Shown in pieces: positions 7,924 through 17,797 of a stretch of 64,000 bases of DNA. The notes beneath the pieces are model-generated. The model was not told where the DNA came from, made no database searches, and saw only the letters and a program-made list of their open reading frames with translations. The stretch spans positions 60,598-124,597 of the IMG/VR virus record IMGVR_UViG_3300033233_000009; one strand, given 5' to 3'. The position numbers were made by a program, and so were the translations under genes. Position 1 is the stretch's first letter. The number at the start of each line of letters is the position of its first letter. The DNA is from a virus.

Positions 7924-9167
7924 GCTACGACGCGAAGATCCTGGCAGACTCGATCACGGAGCACGGCGAGCGCCTGACCACGTTCGAGGTCACGTTCCCG
8001 CGCATCGTGCTCGCTGAAGTGAATACGCACCGGATGCTGAGCCGGAACAGCGCCTCGTCCCGGGCCACCCCGGTCGCGAAGAAGATCGCGCAGATCGAGG
8101 TCGATCCGTTCATCCCGGCGGCGTTCATCAAGAACCAGAAGGGGATGCAGGGCGCGGAGGCGCTGGACGACGCCATGGCGCTGGAGGCCGAGGCGTGGTG
8201 GCGGCAGGGAGTGACCGGCGCGCTCAGTGTCGCCAGGGCGCTGTCCGGCGCGGGGCTACACAAGGCGCTCGCGAACCGCGTGCTCGAACCCTACGCCTGG
8301 CACACCGCTATCCTGTCGGCGACCGACTGGTCGAACTTCTGGCACCTGCGTGTGAACCCGGACGCGCAGGGGGAGTTCCGCACGGCGGCGGAGATGATGC
8401 TCGCGCTCTACGAGAAGCACGAGCCGACGTTGCTCGGGGACGACGACTGGCATCTGCCGCTGGTATCGGAGGAGGAGCGCGACGCCGCGCTGCCAGGTAC
8501 GCCGGCAGAGGTGCATGCAGCAGATCAGCGCCTCGTGAAGATCAGCGTGGCCCGTTGCGCTCGCGTCTCGTACCTCACGCACGACGGAGTCCGGGACCAG
8601 GCGGAAGACCTGGCTCTCTACGAGAAGCTCGTCACGGGCGGCCACCTGAGCCCGCTGGAGCATGTGGCGCGGCCGATGACGACCTACGAGCGAACACGGT
8701 TCGAGCAGATCCCTCACATGTGGGACGGACGTGTCTGGATCTGGGCAGGCCAGCGGACGACGCACTACCTCGGCAACTACGATGGGTGGGTCCAGCACAG
8801 GAAGCTCGTCCCCGGCGAGGCGGACATCCTCGGGTACCGAGCGCGAGTCGAGAAGGACTGCGAGCAGATGGGGGCCATGTGCGCCGCGTACGAGGAGAAG
8901 TTCAAGATGCAGCGCGAGATCGTCTGCGCTGCGCAGGACTGGCGGAAAGAGGACATGGATCGGGAGGCAGAGGCGCACGAGGAGACGGGACGCGGCCTGC
9001 TCGACACGCTCGCCGACGCCGTGGACGCTCTGAACGAGTGGGTGAAGGAGCGCGCCGCGGAGCGCGCGGGGTCGTTCACCTGTCCGACCTGTGGCCCCCA
9101 CGTCAAGGCGGACGAGGACGGATGCTGCGCGACGTGCGGCGCGGATTGCAAGATGGAGGGCGCGTGA
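7920..9167 (+). CDS. thyX: FAD-dependent thymidylate synthase with C-terminal extension
   Basis: MSYDAKILADS..RLTTFEVTFPRIVLAEVNTHRMLSRNSASSRA (ThyX motif); NFWHLR; SVARCARVSY; HLSPLEH; extra C-terminal Zn ribbon CPTC..CATC. Confidence 0.9.
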   Translation: MSYDAKILADSITEHGERLTTFEVTFPRIVLAEVNTHRMLSRNSASSRATPVAKKIAQIEVDPFIPAAFIKNQKGMQGAEALDDAMALEAEAWWRQGVTGALSVARALSGAGLHKALANRVLEPYAWHTAILSATDWSNFWHLRVNPDAQGEFRTAAEMMLALYEKHEPTLLGDDDWHLPLVSEEERDAALPGTPAEVHAADQRLVKISVARCARVSYLTHDGVRDQAEDLALYEKLVTGGHLSPLEHVARPMTTYERTRFEQIPHMWDGRVWIWAGQRTTHYLGNYDGWVQHRKLVPGEADILGYRARVEKDCEQMGAMCAAYEEKFKMQREIVCAAQDWRKEDMDREAEAHEETGRGLLDTLADAVDALNEWVKERAAERAGSFTCPTCGPHVKADEDGCCATCGADCKMEGA

Positions 9168-9364
9168 ACGAAGGCCCGAAAGTCCGTGTCGAGGCGTCCT
9201 GCTCGGACTGCGTCCACTGTCGGAACGACAGGTACGTGTGCCAGGGCGACTCCGGCTTCGACGTCTCGTGCGGACATCCCGACGTGAAGGGTGACCGGCG
9301 CATCGGGGACACGACGTGGAAGACGCCTGCGTGGTGTCCGTTCCTGGGAGGACAGCAACCGTGA
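9164..9364 (+). CDS. small Cys-rich protein
   Basis: CSDCVHC...TPAWCP; GTGA overlap. Confidence 0.55.
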   Translation: MNEGPKVRVEASCSDCVHCRNDRYVCQGDSGFDVSCGHPDVKGDRRIGDTTWKTPAWCPFLGGQQP

Positions 9365-9690
9365 CCGACGAGGAGTGGGCTGCCTCAATCGTGAACGTGG
9401 ATCTGCTGGAGGCCTACGCGGAGTCGGCAGCGGCGCTGGGCACTACGGACCTAGTCATGTGTCTCAACGTCGCGGAAGACGGCCTCGTGGCTTTCCGGCG
9501 CGAAAAGCTCCAGGCCGACTGGCGCAAACTGTTCCCGGATCCGAGCACCTTCTCGAAGCAGCTGTCGGAGCCCGCGACCGATCACACCGCTCTGCAGATG
9601 GCCTTCTGGTTCGTCGTGCAAGCGCCTGGTGGCGTCGTGTGCATCGCGGTGGGTTGCCAGCGTGCGCCACGAAAAGCAGCGACGGCCTGA
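9361..9690 (+). CDS. hypothetical protein
   Basis: GTG at 9361 after GGAGG. Confidence 0.55.
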   Translation: MTDEEWAASIVNVDLLEAYAESAAALGTTDLVMCLNVAEDGLVAFRREKLQADWRKLFPDPSTFSKQLSEPATDHTALQMAFWFVVQAPGGVVCIAVGCQRAPRKAATA

Positions 9691-9716
9691 GTACGGGAAC
9701 CACCGAAGGAGAGAGC

Positions 9717-10922
9717 ATGGAGCACGAGCAGACGACGAACGATGACCTGAACGACCACGCGGTCGAGCGGGCGATGCGCGAGGACGCGGAGGCCAACGAC
9801 CCGGTCAACCACCCGAAGCACTACCGGAGCCACCCGAGTGGCGTGGAGTGCATCACCGTCGTCGAGCACTTCAACTTCAACCGCGGGAACGCCATGAAGT
9901 ACATCTGGCGCGCCGGGGAGAAGGGCGACGTGATCGAGGATCTGAGGAAGGCCGCGTGGTACGTACAGCGCGAGATCGAGCGGCTGACGCGACCAGCGGT
10001 ACCCGTCCCTGACGTGCATGTCGCGGCGTCACCGGAGACGATCGACGAGGTGCTGGCCCCGGCCGGCCCGATCACCTGCCTCGTCTGCAACTTGACGTTC
10101 GGCACCGCGGAAACATTCCAGGCGCACCGCGAGATGGTCCACGGCGAGGAGGAGATCCCGCCGGCCCTGGACTGCCCCATCTGCCGCGCCCTCGCGCGGA
10201 TGCCAGGGACTGACTGGATCTGCGCGCACCACAAGAAGACTCCCGCCATCGACTCCACGTGCGATGGCGTTCTAGCCGGTGCCGGCCACGGTGGAGAAGA
10301 CCGGCGCTCTGACGCGGCGCTGTTCGCCGGTGGCGAGGAGGATGACGGGTGGGACCCGATGGACCTGGAGCGCGCGCTGGATCGAGCGCGGCTGGTGGAA
10401 GTCGGCTCGCGCCGATTCATCAACAGCGTGCGCGGGCTGCGATCTGTGATCGTGGCGCTGCTGCGAGCGTACACGACGGTGCAGGCACTGGAGCACCAGG
10501 AGGCTGCGAAGGCGGCCGAGCGGCTGACCGTGCAGCTAACGGCACGGACAGCGAAGCTCGAACACGTGGAGACCGAGATGACCGCCGCCTACGCGGCTGC
10601 CGGCATCAGCGACATGGAGAACCTGGCGAGGCACATCACCCGGCTGCGCACCATGGCAGCGAGCGCGGAGGACTACCGCGACCGGGCAACCGTCGCGCAG
10701 GCGGAACGACAGACCGCCGAGGCCCGTCGTGGTTCCCTGCTGGCGCTCGTCGAGCGCGTCGGCGCACTACTCGCGTACCTGGACGGCCGCTGCCGCTCGG
10801 ACGGCTCCGAGAACGAGACGGAACGCGCCGCGCTCAACGCCTACGGCTACGTGCGCGCACGGTTGCAGTCCGCCATGGCCGCGCTGCCGCAGGATCTGCG
10901 GGAAGAAGCGTGCGGCGCGTGA
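9717..10922 (+). CDS. DUF3310 (T7 gp1.7-like) domain protein with Zn fingers and coiled coil
   Basis: DPVNHPKHY..ECI..FNRGNAMKYIWRAGEKG..EDLRKAAWY is the DUF3310 signature; CLVC..H..H C2H2; long helical C-terminus. Confidence 0.8.
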   Translation: MEHEQTTNDDLNDHAVERAMREDAEANDPVNHPKHYRSHPSGVECITVVEHFNFNRGNAMKYIWRAGEKGDVIEDLRKAAWYVQREIERLTRPAVPVPDVHVAASPETIDEVLAPAGPITCLVCNLTFGTAETFQAHREMVHGEEEIPPALDCPICRALARMPGTDWICAHHKKTPAIDSTCDGVLAGAGHGGEDRRSDAALFAGGEEDDGWDPMDLERALDRARLVEVGSRRFINSVRGLRSVIVALLRAYTTVQALEHQEAAKAAERLTVQLTARTAKLEHVETEMTAAYAAAGISDMENLARHITRLRTMAASAEDYRDRATVAQAERQTAEARRGSLLALVERVGALLAYLDGRCRSDGSENETERAALNAYGYVRARLQSAMAALPQDLREEACGA

Positions 10923-10924
10923 AG

Positions 10925-10960
10925 CAACCCAAGGCAGCGCGGGGCCTACGACGCCGCGAC
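10925..10960 (+). CRISPR. solitary CRISPR repeat (31/36 identical to the array repeat)
   Basis: caacCCAAGGCAGCGCGGGGCCTaCGACGCCGCGAC, intergenic, followed by 18 nt and then the TTGACA promoter. Confidence 0.9.
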
Positions 10961-10978
10961 AAGGTCCAATCCACCCAG

Positions 10979-11007
10979 TTGACAGCAGCGGCAGCACGCT
11001 GTACGCC
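10979..11007 (+). promoter_or_regulatory. sigma70-type promoter
   Basis: TTGACA-N17-TACGCC, ATG at 11016. Confidence 0.55.
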
Positions 11008-11015
11008 TACAGAAG

Positions 11016-11393
11016 ATGACCGACGACGACGCCAAGAGCCCCAAGGCCCCCGCTCCGCTGAACCGCCAGCAGCGCCGCGCCCTGAAGCGCGGCCGGATGA
11101 AGCTGATCGAGGGCGGCAAACCGGCGGACGCCCCGTCGGTGGACATGAGCCAGCCGGCCGGGCGCTTCGCCTACCACCTGCACGAGTTCATCGTGCGGTA
11201 CTTCGCGGCAAACCCGGATCTGGAGCGCACGGCGGCGTGCGCGGCCGCGTTGCAGATCGCGGCGAAGTTCGCTGTCGAGCTGGGCGGGGACACCGATCAG
11301 TTCGCCATGGCGGCGTCGCACTTCTTCGACGGCGAGGCCGCGGCGCGCCGGAAGCCGGGCGGCGGTACGCCTGGGCCGGGCAGGGCAGGATGA
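11016..11393 (+). CDS. hypothetical protein
   Basis: ORF downstream of the promoter; NRQQRRA motif common in phage proteins. Confidence 0.6.
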   Translation: MTDDDAKSPKAPAPLNRQQRRALKRGRMKLIEGGKPADAPSVDMSQPAGRFAYHLHEFIVRYFAANPDLERTAACAAALQIAAKFAVELGGDTDQFAMAASHFFDGEAAARRKPGGGTPGPGRAG

Positions 11394-11400
11394 GCGCGCC

Positions 11401-12717
11401 ATGAGCGAACCGCGACCGGAACAGCCGACCATCCCAGCCGAGGACTACTTCGGCCCGGGGGACGCCGCGACGTACGACTACGGTGTCCTGTACCAGGCGG
11501 AGTGGGAGACGCCGTGGGACGCGACGGCCATCGCTGCGCGCCTGCACGCGCGGGCGCTGGCGGCGCAGGGGGTCCCGGTGCTGCTCAAGTCGTTCTCGGG
11601 CATCATCGTGAACGACGCGGGGATCCCCGAGCCCGTGTTCGCGCCGGGGGGCCTGCCGGACGTGGTGAAGGCCGAGGTCGGCACGCTGCCCGACACGTCG
11701 ATCCGTACGCTGGCCGTCTTGCTCCGGCACATGGTGGTGCACGGCCAGGGCACGCTGGAAAACCATCTGATGCCGCGCCAGGTGGTGGCCTCCGACCCGG
11801 AGCTGCTGCTGGCCCTGCGGCGCGCGGTGTACGACTCGACGATCACCTACACGGTCTGGGAACGGGACCGCGTGGCACCCGGCATTGCGGCGCAGCTTGC
11901 CCGGTGCGGGCAGGCGTGGGTCCCCTGCCACCAGAACGCGGCGATGCTGATCCGGTCGGGCGTGCCGGCGGAGAAGGTCCACGTCGTGCCGCACCCGTAC
12001 GAGCCGAGCGACCCGATCTGTCGGCTGGTCGAGCGGCGGCCGTTCGCGGAGCGCCGCTTCTACACCATCGGGCGCTGGGAGCCGCGCAAGGGCCTGCATG
12101 AGCTGGTCGGCGCGTTCCTGGAAGCGTTCCGGCCGGGCGACGACGTCCGGCTCACGATCAAGACCAGTCCGGGCACGTGGAGGGGGTACCCGACGCCCGA
12201 GGAGAGCCTCGCCGAGTGGCTCAAGCGGTACGACTACTGGCGGAACCCGGAGACGATGGCGGCGCACCTCACGGTGGACACGCGGCGGTACCCGCGGAGC
12301 AAGATCCTGAAACTGCACTTCGACCACAACCTGTACGTCTCCGCGTCGCATGGAGAAGCGTGGGCCCTGGGGGCATTCGAGGCGAAGCTCGCGGGCAATC
12401 GCGTGGTGCACGTGCCGTATGGCGGCACGGCGGACTTCTGCGAGCCGGAGGACGTGCCGGTGGCCTACGGTATGGAGAAGGTGCACCCGAGCTACGGCTG
12501 GGAGCCCGACGCCGAGTGGGCGAGCGTCACGAGTGAGGCGCTCGTGCGCGCGCTGCGCAAGGCGACGCCGCCTGTCGCGTTCGCGCGGCCGGCGCACTAC
12601 GAGCGCGTGTTCGGCTTTCCGGCCGTCGGGCGGCAGATGGCCGACTTGATCCTCAAGCGGCTTGACGGAGTGGACCCAAAGGCGGCCGCGTGGCTGCGGG
12701 AGCGGGTGAAGACATGA
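11401..12717 (+). CDS. GT-B (GT4-like) glycosyltransferase
   Basis: YTVWE; KVHVVPH; YTIGRWEPRKG; SASHGEAWALGAFEAKLAG (Glycos_transf_1 E-x7-E). Confidence 0.85.
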   Translation: MSEPRPEQPTIPAEDYFGPGDAATYDYGVLYQAEWETPWDATAIAARLHARALAAQGVPVLLKSFSGIIVNDAGIPEPVFAPGGLPDVVKAEVGTLPDTSIRTLAVLLRHMVVHGQGTLENHLMPRQVVASDPELLLALRRAVYDSTITYTVWERDRVAPGIAAQLARCGQAWVPCHQNAAMLIRSGVPAEKVHVVPHPYEPSDPICRLVERRPFAERRFYTIGRWEPRKGLHELVGAFLEAFRPGDDVRLTIKTSPGTWRGYPTPEESLAEWLKRYDYWRNPETMAAHLTVDTRRYPRSKILKLHFDHNLYVSASHGEAWALGAFEAKLAGNRVVHVPYGGTADFCEPEDVPVAYGMEKVHPSYGWEPDAEWASVTSEALVRALRKATPPVAFARPAHYERVFGFPAVGRQMADLILKRLDGVDPKAAAWLRERVKT

Positions 12718-12977
12718 AGATCGCGAGCGAGCAGGACGAGTCAAAGAAGGATGCACTGCTCCTGGCGGTGCACGCCGTGAGCACGCAGGCATACGGGGAC
12801 CTCGTGCTGCGGCTGGGCCTGGAGCCCGAGGATGCTGTTGGCCTGATCGGGATGGCGATGTTCGAGGAAGCGGCGGCGATGACGCAATCCCATCGGCTGT
12901 CGCGGGAAGAGTTCCTGACGGCAGCGGGTCTGTGCTGGGACGCAGTGGCCGCGGTGCGCGAGAAGGGGGCAGCGTGA
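12714..12977 (+). CDS. hypothetical protein
   Basis: ATGA overlap. Confidence 0.55.
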   Translation: MKIASEQDESKKDALLLAVHAVSTQAYGDLVLRLGLEPEDAVGLIGMAMFEEAAAMTQSHRLSREEFLTAAGLCWDAVAAVREKGAA

Positions 12978-13555
12978 GCACCGGACGACCCAGCGACGAT
13001 GCCTCCACCGAGGAGTGGCAGCTCTATGTACTTCACCGGGTGGCGCCGCTCATCGCGGAGCGCGATGTAGAGTTTCAGGGGGCGCTGCCGCTGTTTACGG
13101 CGCTGGCCGCACAGATGGACGTCGAGACCGCGCGGTTCGCGCCCGTCGTGAGGGAGATGCTGGCTCTCGCGCAGGCTGCGGCAGTGAGTGTCGAGGGCCT
13201 GCTCGACACCCTGAAGGCGGCGTTCGCTCCCGACCCGATGCCCTGGCCACTGTGGCTCGGGCGTCCGCGTCAGGCGGAGGGCGGCGACGGCAGCGAGGCG
13301 TACTTTGCGCCGCCCGCGTGGGAGGCTCACTGCGAGCGGGTCTACCTGCGAGAGTGGGAGCGACGCCGTCTGGAGGCGCAGGGCCTGGACTTCGCGACGA
13401 TCGAGCGGGCGAAGAATCGCGGGACGGCTGACGAGCGCGCGATCATGGCGCAGGCGGGGCTCGGGAGCCTCGGCGGTGGCGTGGTCGTGGTGGTGGAGCG
13501 AGCGCCGCAGGGCGAGGGGGCTACGGACGATCCGGCGGAGCGGACGGGGCCATGA
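12974..13555 (+). CDS. hypothetical protein
   Basis: GTGA overlap. Confidence 0.5.
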   Translation: MSTGRPSDDASTEEWQLYVLHRVAPLIAERDVEFQGALPLFTALAAQMDVETARFAPVVREMLALAQAAAVSVEGLLDTLKAAFAPDPMPWPLWLGRPRQAEGGDGSEAYFAPPAWEAHCERVYLREWERRRLEAQGLDFATIERAKNRGTADERAIMAQAGLGSLGGGVVVVVERAPQGEGATDDPAERTGP

Positions 13556-13830
13556 CGAGGCTGACCCGAGAGGAAGCGATCCAGAAGATGCGCGAGGGGC
13601 AGACCGTGCGCCACGTGACCTGGGCACACGGTGCCGTCATCTTCATGGAGGACGCTGCCGGTCGAGATCCGTGGCTGGTGCGGCGTGAGCGGCTCTCCGA
13701 CGCTTTGAAAAGCACGCCCAACGGGGGCAACGGGCTCAACTGGGAGGTGGTGCTCAAGCCCTGTGAGCCGGAGGAGGAGCCCCGGTGTGGCGCCATCCCG
13801 GCAGCGGTGGCGACGAAGGCGGGGTCGTGA
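13552..13830 (+). CDS. hypothetical protein
   Basis: ATGA overlap; EAIQKMREGQTVRH..W resembles DUF2829-like starts. Confidence 0.5.
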   Translation: MTRLTREEAIQKMREGQTVRHVTWAHGAVIFMEDAAGRDPWLVRRERLSDALKSTPNGGNGLNWEVVLKPCEPEEEPRCGAIPAAVATKAGS

Positions 13831-14948
13831 CGCCCACGGTCCGCCTCTACGGCCGCGTGCTCGGCTACGGATCGCACGCGCAGGTCACGGATGGATTTGC
13901 CGGCGTGCTGCGCGACGCGGACCTGCTCGCCGGCATCGTCGCGTTCGATCGCGACCTGCCGCCCGACTCGCCCCAGCCCGGCGGCGCGCTCGCGCCGCAT
14001 GCCGTATTCACCGGGCCACTCGGCCACCTGCGCGCCATGCGGAGCGGTGCGCGCCACCGGGCACGGTACGCGATGCTGGCACCGAACAGCTCGGCGGTGC
14101 CCCCGCTCCTGCTCCGGGCGCTGGAGAGCGAGTGCACGGAAATCCTCGTGCCGTCGGAGTGGGCGCAGGAAGTCGTCGAGGAGCTGACAAGCATTCCGGT
14201 GCGCGTCGTGCCGCACGGCATTGCCCCGGGGTTCGTTCGGAGCCCGTCCCTGCGCGAGGTGGCCGCGGAGGCGTATCGACGTGGCGCCTTCAACGTGCTG
14301 CACCTGTCGTCGAGTGACCGGGAGCGCAAGGGCACGCACGCCTTGCTGGAGGCGTGGGGGATGCTGATGGCGAAGGGGGAGCTGCCCGCGGAAGCGAAGC
14401 TCCGCCTGGTGCTCGACGTGGAGGCGCTCTCGAAGACCGTGGCGTGGATGGCGGAGCGTGCGGGGCCAGGTATGCGCCTCGATTCCGTCACGGTGACGGC
14501 ACGGCTGGAGGCGCGTCCGACAGCGCTCGCGCAGGTCTACGGCGTGCAGCACGTCGTGTGCCAGCCCTCACGTGGGGAGGGCTTCGGCTGCTGCCCCCTC
14601 GAAGGGCTCGCGTGCGGGGTGCCGATCGTGGCCACGGCCTGCACGGGGCATTCGCAGTGGTTCCGCCCTCTCAGTCTTCAGCCCAGCCTCCCGGGCGCCG
14701 TGCGGGTCGAGCATGGCCCGGACGCGCGAATCGACGACCTGCCGGGGGCCATGGCGCCGACGGTCGAGCCCGACGCCGTTGCGGTGGCGCTGCGGCGCGC
14801 GTACGCGGAGTGGGAGGCGCTCGACGCCGCGGCTGCATCCGGGGCCGCGGCCCTGCGCGAGACCTGGGCGTGGGGCAGACAGATCGCGCCCTTCGTGGAG
14901 TATCTGCGTCAATCGGACGCCAACCAGCAGGAGACGACGACCCCATGA
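13827..14948 (+). CDS. GT-B (GT4-like) glycosyltransferase
   Basis: ILVPSEW; VVPHGI; ERKGTHALLEAW; PSRGEGFGCCPLEGLACGVPIVAT. Confidence 0.9.
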   Translation: MTPTVRLYGRVLGYGSHAQVTDGFAGVLRDADLLAGIVAFDRDLPPDSPQPGGALAPHAVFTGPLGHLRAMRSGARHRARYAMLAPNSSAVPPLLLRALESECTEILVPSEWAQEVVEELTSIPVRVVPHGIAPGFVRSPSLREVAAEAYRRGAFNVLHLSSSDRERKGTHALLEAWGMLMAKGELPAEAKLRLVLDVEALSKTVAWMAERAGPGMRLDSVTVTARLEARPTALAQVYGVQHVVCQPSRGEGFGCCPLEGLACGVPIVATACTGHSQWFRPLSLQPSLPGAVRVEHGPDARIDDLPGAMAPTVEPDAVAVALRRAYAEWEALDAAAASGAAALRETWAWGRQIAPFVEYLRQSDANQQETTTP

Positions 14949-15409
14949 ATGACCCTACCGATCCGCCCGCCACCTCGACCGAGCCCGGCATCACTCCCAC
15001 CTCGCAGCCGGCCAGCAAGCCCACCGACGACCGGCTCGCGCCGTTCCGTGCGCTGTTCGGGATGCCGGTCGCCGTGCAGTTCGCGCAGCAGGTGCCCTAC
15101 GTGCAGATCGCTCCGCTGATGGACAAGAACGGGGAGCCGCAGACGGTGCGGGTTCCGGGCTCCGACCGCGTGATCGGGCTGCCGGGCATCGTGGAGCCCA
15201 TGCAGCCCACCGCCGTCGCCGTCGGCGTGCTCCGGGCGTCGGAGTGCGGCACGTGGCTCGTCATCGAGGAGCGGCTCGGCATCCCGCGCACGGCGGAGTC
15301 GCTCGGCGGGCAGGCGCTGATGGACGTGTACGTGCGACCGGAAATGGTCACGCACGTCAGCTTCGTCCGCGCGGTCGAGTTGCGGCCGCGGCGCGACGGG
15401 GGCGGATGA
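14945..15409 (+). CDS. hypothetical protein
   Basis: ATG at 14945 with AGGAG RBS. Confidence 0.55.
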   Translation: MNDPTDPPATSTEPGITPTSQPASKPTDDRLAPFRALFGMPVAVQFAQQVPYVQIAPLMDKNGEPQTVRVPGSDRVIGLPGIVEPMQPTAVAVGVLRASECGTWLVIEERLGIPRTAESLGGQALMDVYVRPEMVTHVSFVRAVELRPRRDGGG

Positions 15410-15768
15410 CCTCGCCGCAGGCGCGCCTTCGCGCCATCGAGAAACAGATCCGATCCTGCGAAGCCGCGCTCAACCGCGCCCAGGAGGCGAAGTACCGGTT
15501 CTACCGGTCGTACTGCAAGCAGCACCCGCTGACGGCGAAGCAGTACGATTGGCTCGTCGCGCGGGTAGCGGCGGGCGGAGCACTCTGCTGCGACGAGGGC
15601 CGTAAGTTCCTGCTGAGCACGGTGCCGCCCATCTGGGCAGCGCTCATCAACCACTGGGCGTACGAGGCGCTGAGTTGCAAGGGCAACTCGAAGAACCACG
15701 GGGAGGACGTAGCGAAGGTCCGGCTCCAGCTTCGGCGGGATGTGCCGCCGCCGGGCTACCACGCCTGA
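15406..15768 (+). CDS. hypothetical protein
   Basis: ATGA overlap. Confidence 0.55.
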   Translation: MTSPQARLRAIEKQIRSCEAALNRAQEAKYRFYRSYCKQHPLTAKQYDWLVARVAAGGALCCDEGRKFLLSTVPPIWAALINHWAYEALSCKGNSKNHGEDVAKVRLQLRRDVPPPGYHA

Positions 15769-15778
15769 GCGTGCCGTC

Positions 15779-16444
15779 ATGCCGGAGCCCCCGCCGAAGG
15801 AGGAGGACCACGCCCGCTTCCGGCGCTGGCTGATCGAGAAGGTCAAGCGGTCGCGCTGGGTGACCTACCCGACGGACAGTCTGGAGGCGGTCGCGCGTCG
15901 TGTCGGTGTGCAGCCCGACGTGCTCGTGCAGGCGCAGGCCGAGCTGTCGGCGGAACGGCGCAGCGCGGGCCAGCGAGCGGTCGTGCTGGGCACCGGGAAG
16001 ACCGTGCACGGTCGGCGCAAGCAGATCGACCTCGACCTGCCGAAGGCGCTGAACGACGACTGGCTCGCGTACTGCCGCGCGCGCGACCTGTCCAGCTCGG
16101 TGGTGCTGCGGAGCATCATCCACACGCTGCTGTCGGGGCCGGAGAATCCCGGCTGGACCGGCCGCTCGTGGTGGTACCGCGGCAAGACGCACCGGCTGAG
16201 CAACTTCAAGGAGGTCGCGGCGAAGGGGTGGTGGCCGTACAACGCCAAGACCGACGTGACACCGGGGGCCTTCCGGGCGCTGGTGCTGCGGGCCCAGCGG
16301 CTCCGTTGCACGTACACGGGCCTGGTCCGGGGGGCCATCATCGATCTGCTGGAGGGGCGCACGAAGCGGCTGAACGTGGTCACCGTGGCCTCGGAGATGT
16401 GGGAGGACGAGAACCGCTACTGGACGGGGAAAGAGCCCCCTTGA
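15779..16444 (+). CDS. putative DNA-binding protein (HTH plus two RHH-like units)
   Basis: SLEAVARRVGV; IDLDLPKALNDDWLAYCRARDLSSSVVLRSII; second similar unit. Confidence 0.5.
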   Translation: MPEPPPKEEDHARFRRWLIEKVKRSRWVTYPTDSLEAVARRVGVQPDVLVQAQAELSAERRSAGQRAVVLGTGKTVHGRRKQIDLDLPKALNDDWLAYCRARDLSSSVVLRSIIHTLLSGPENPGWTGRSWWYRGKTHRLSNFKEVAAKGWWPYNAKTDVTPGAFRALVLRAQRLRCTYTGLVRGAIIDLLEGRTKRLNVVTVASEMWEDENRYWTGKEPP

Positions 16445-16476
16445 CAGCCGGTGGCGGGAGTGGCAGCGTTGGCGGC
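16441..16476 (+). promoter_or_regulatory. leaderless sigma70-type promoter
   Basis: TTGACA-N17-CAGCGT-tggcggc-ATG(16477). Confidence 0.6.
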
Positions 16477-16661
16477 ATGGAACCATGTGCCTGGTACAGC
16501 GTCACAGCGGGCCAGGGCCTGGCCCTGCTCAGCACGGACGAGTGGGACGGGGGGAGCGAGTTCGTGCTCGTGGTCGGCGGCCGCGTGGCGGCGCGCTCGG
16601 GCGCCCCGGCGGTGCAGAAGGCCGAGCCGGCGCAGTGGCCCAGCGGATGGGGGCAGGGCCC

Positions 16662-17015
16662 ATGACGGAGGGGACCAAGGCCGAGCTGGCCGCACTCGTC
16701 GAGCGCATGGATGAAGTTGCGTGCCGGACCTACGGTCTGTTCTTCGGCGCGAACATGGGTGGGGAGGTGCATGCCTTCATCGAGTTCAACGGGCTGCTCG
16801 GCAAGTACGTCGAAGTGTGCGCGCGGTGCGCCGCGCAGGGGATCGACTTCCGCTTCCTGAACACGCACACGGGGCAGGCGCTGCCGGTGGCCGTGCACGA
16901 CATGGAGTACCTCGGGGAGAAGCTCCGGTGCATCTTCGGCCCGATCATCGACGCGAACCCGGCAGCGCGCGAGGCGCTGAAGAAGGCGCTGTTCGGGGAG
17001 GGGCCGCAGCCATGA
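16662..17015 (+). CDS. hypothetical phage protein
   Basis: HAFIEFNGLLGKYVEVC..NTHTG..YLGEKLRCIFG; coding-like. Confidence 0.65.
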   Translation: MTEGTKAELAALVERMDEVACRTYGLFFGANMGGEVHAFIEFNGLLGKYVEVCARCAAQGIDFRFLNTHTGQALPVAVHDMEYLGEKLRCIFGPIIDANPAAREALKKALFGEGPQP

Positions 17016-17797
17016 CCTGGGCGGAGGCGTACGCGCTGTGGCAGCGGCTGGATGGGTCGATCTGGTTCGGCGTCGCCGTGTACCCCTACCTGTCGCGGCG
17101 CCGCATCCAGGAGCGGCTCGACCTGGCGGCGGAGGCGGTACGCGACCAGGAGACGACCATCCGGGGGCTGCTGGTCGCTACCGGGCTCAGCGGCGTGGAT
17201 CTGCATCGGGTGCGGCGGCGGATGCGGCTGCTGCTGACGGACGACGAAGACAGCACGGAGGCGCGGCACTGATGCGAGCGTTCCGTCTAGGGAGTCGCGT
17301 CGTGGTCCGGCGGACCGCGGAGGGCCACGTCGTCAACGCCGCGGGCAGGGTCGCGCGGCTGCGCCGCTGCGACGACGGGGCGTGGATCGCGCTGGACCGG
17401 CGGCTGCCGGACGAGGCGCCGCATCCGTTCCCTGCGGGCGACCAGCGCGGCACGCACGTGCTCGCCTTCCCTGATGACTGCGAGCCGGCGCACCTGCGCG
17501 CGGTGGCGGCAGCGGAGCGTGGGTGACATGCCGTGAGGTGGCGTCCCTTCACCCTGCGCGCCGTGCGTCTCGAAGGAGAGCCGGACCCCGGCGGCGAGTC
17601 CGACCACTGGCTCACGTGTCTGCTGTGCGAGCAGCCGACGCGGGGCGACCTGGCAGGCAAGCGGCCGAGTGGCAAGCCGGTGGAGTACACGGTGACGCTC
17701 CTCGGTGACGGTCAGGTGCGCGGCTTCGGGCTGCACTTACGCTGCCTGGAGAAGATGGAGCGGTGGCAAGAGAAGATGGCGATCGGAGAGGACGAGC

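Noticed and set aside
2232-8830. thyX fragment/thyX pair as a DGR template and variable repeat
   Set aside because: Differences are not adenine-specific and no reverse transcriptase is present
10961-10978. Self-targets for satellite guides or array spacers within the window
   Set aside because: Only 8-11 nt partial matches noticed (e.g. CCAATCCACC about 56115, GGCTTGACGGC about 43853), compatible with chance; the search was by eye and not exhaustive
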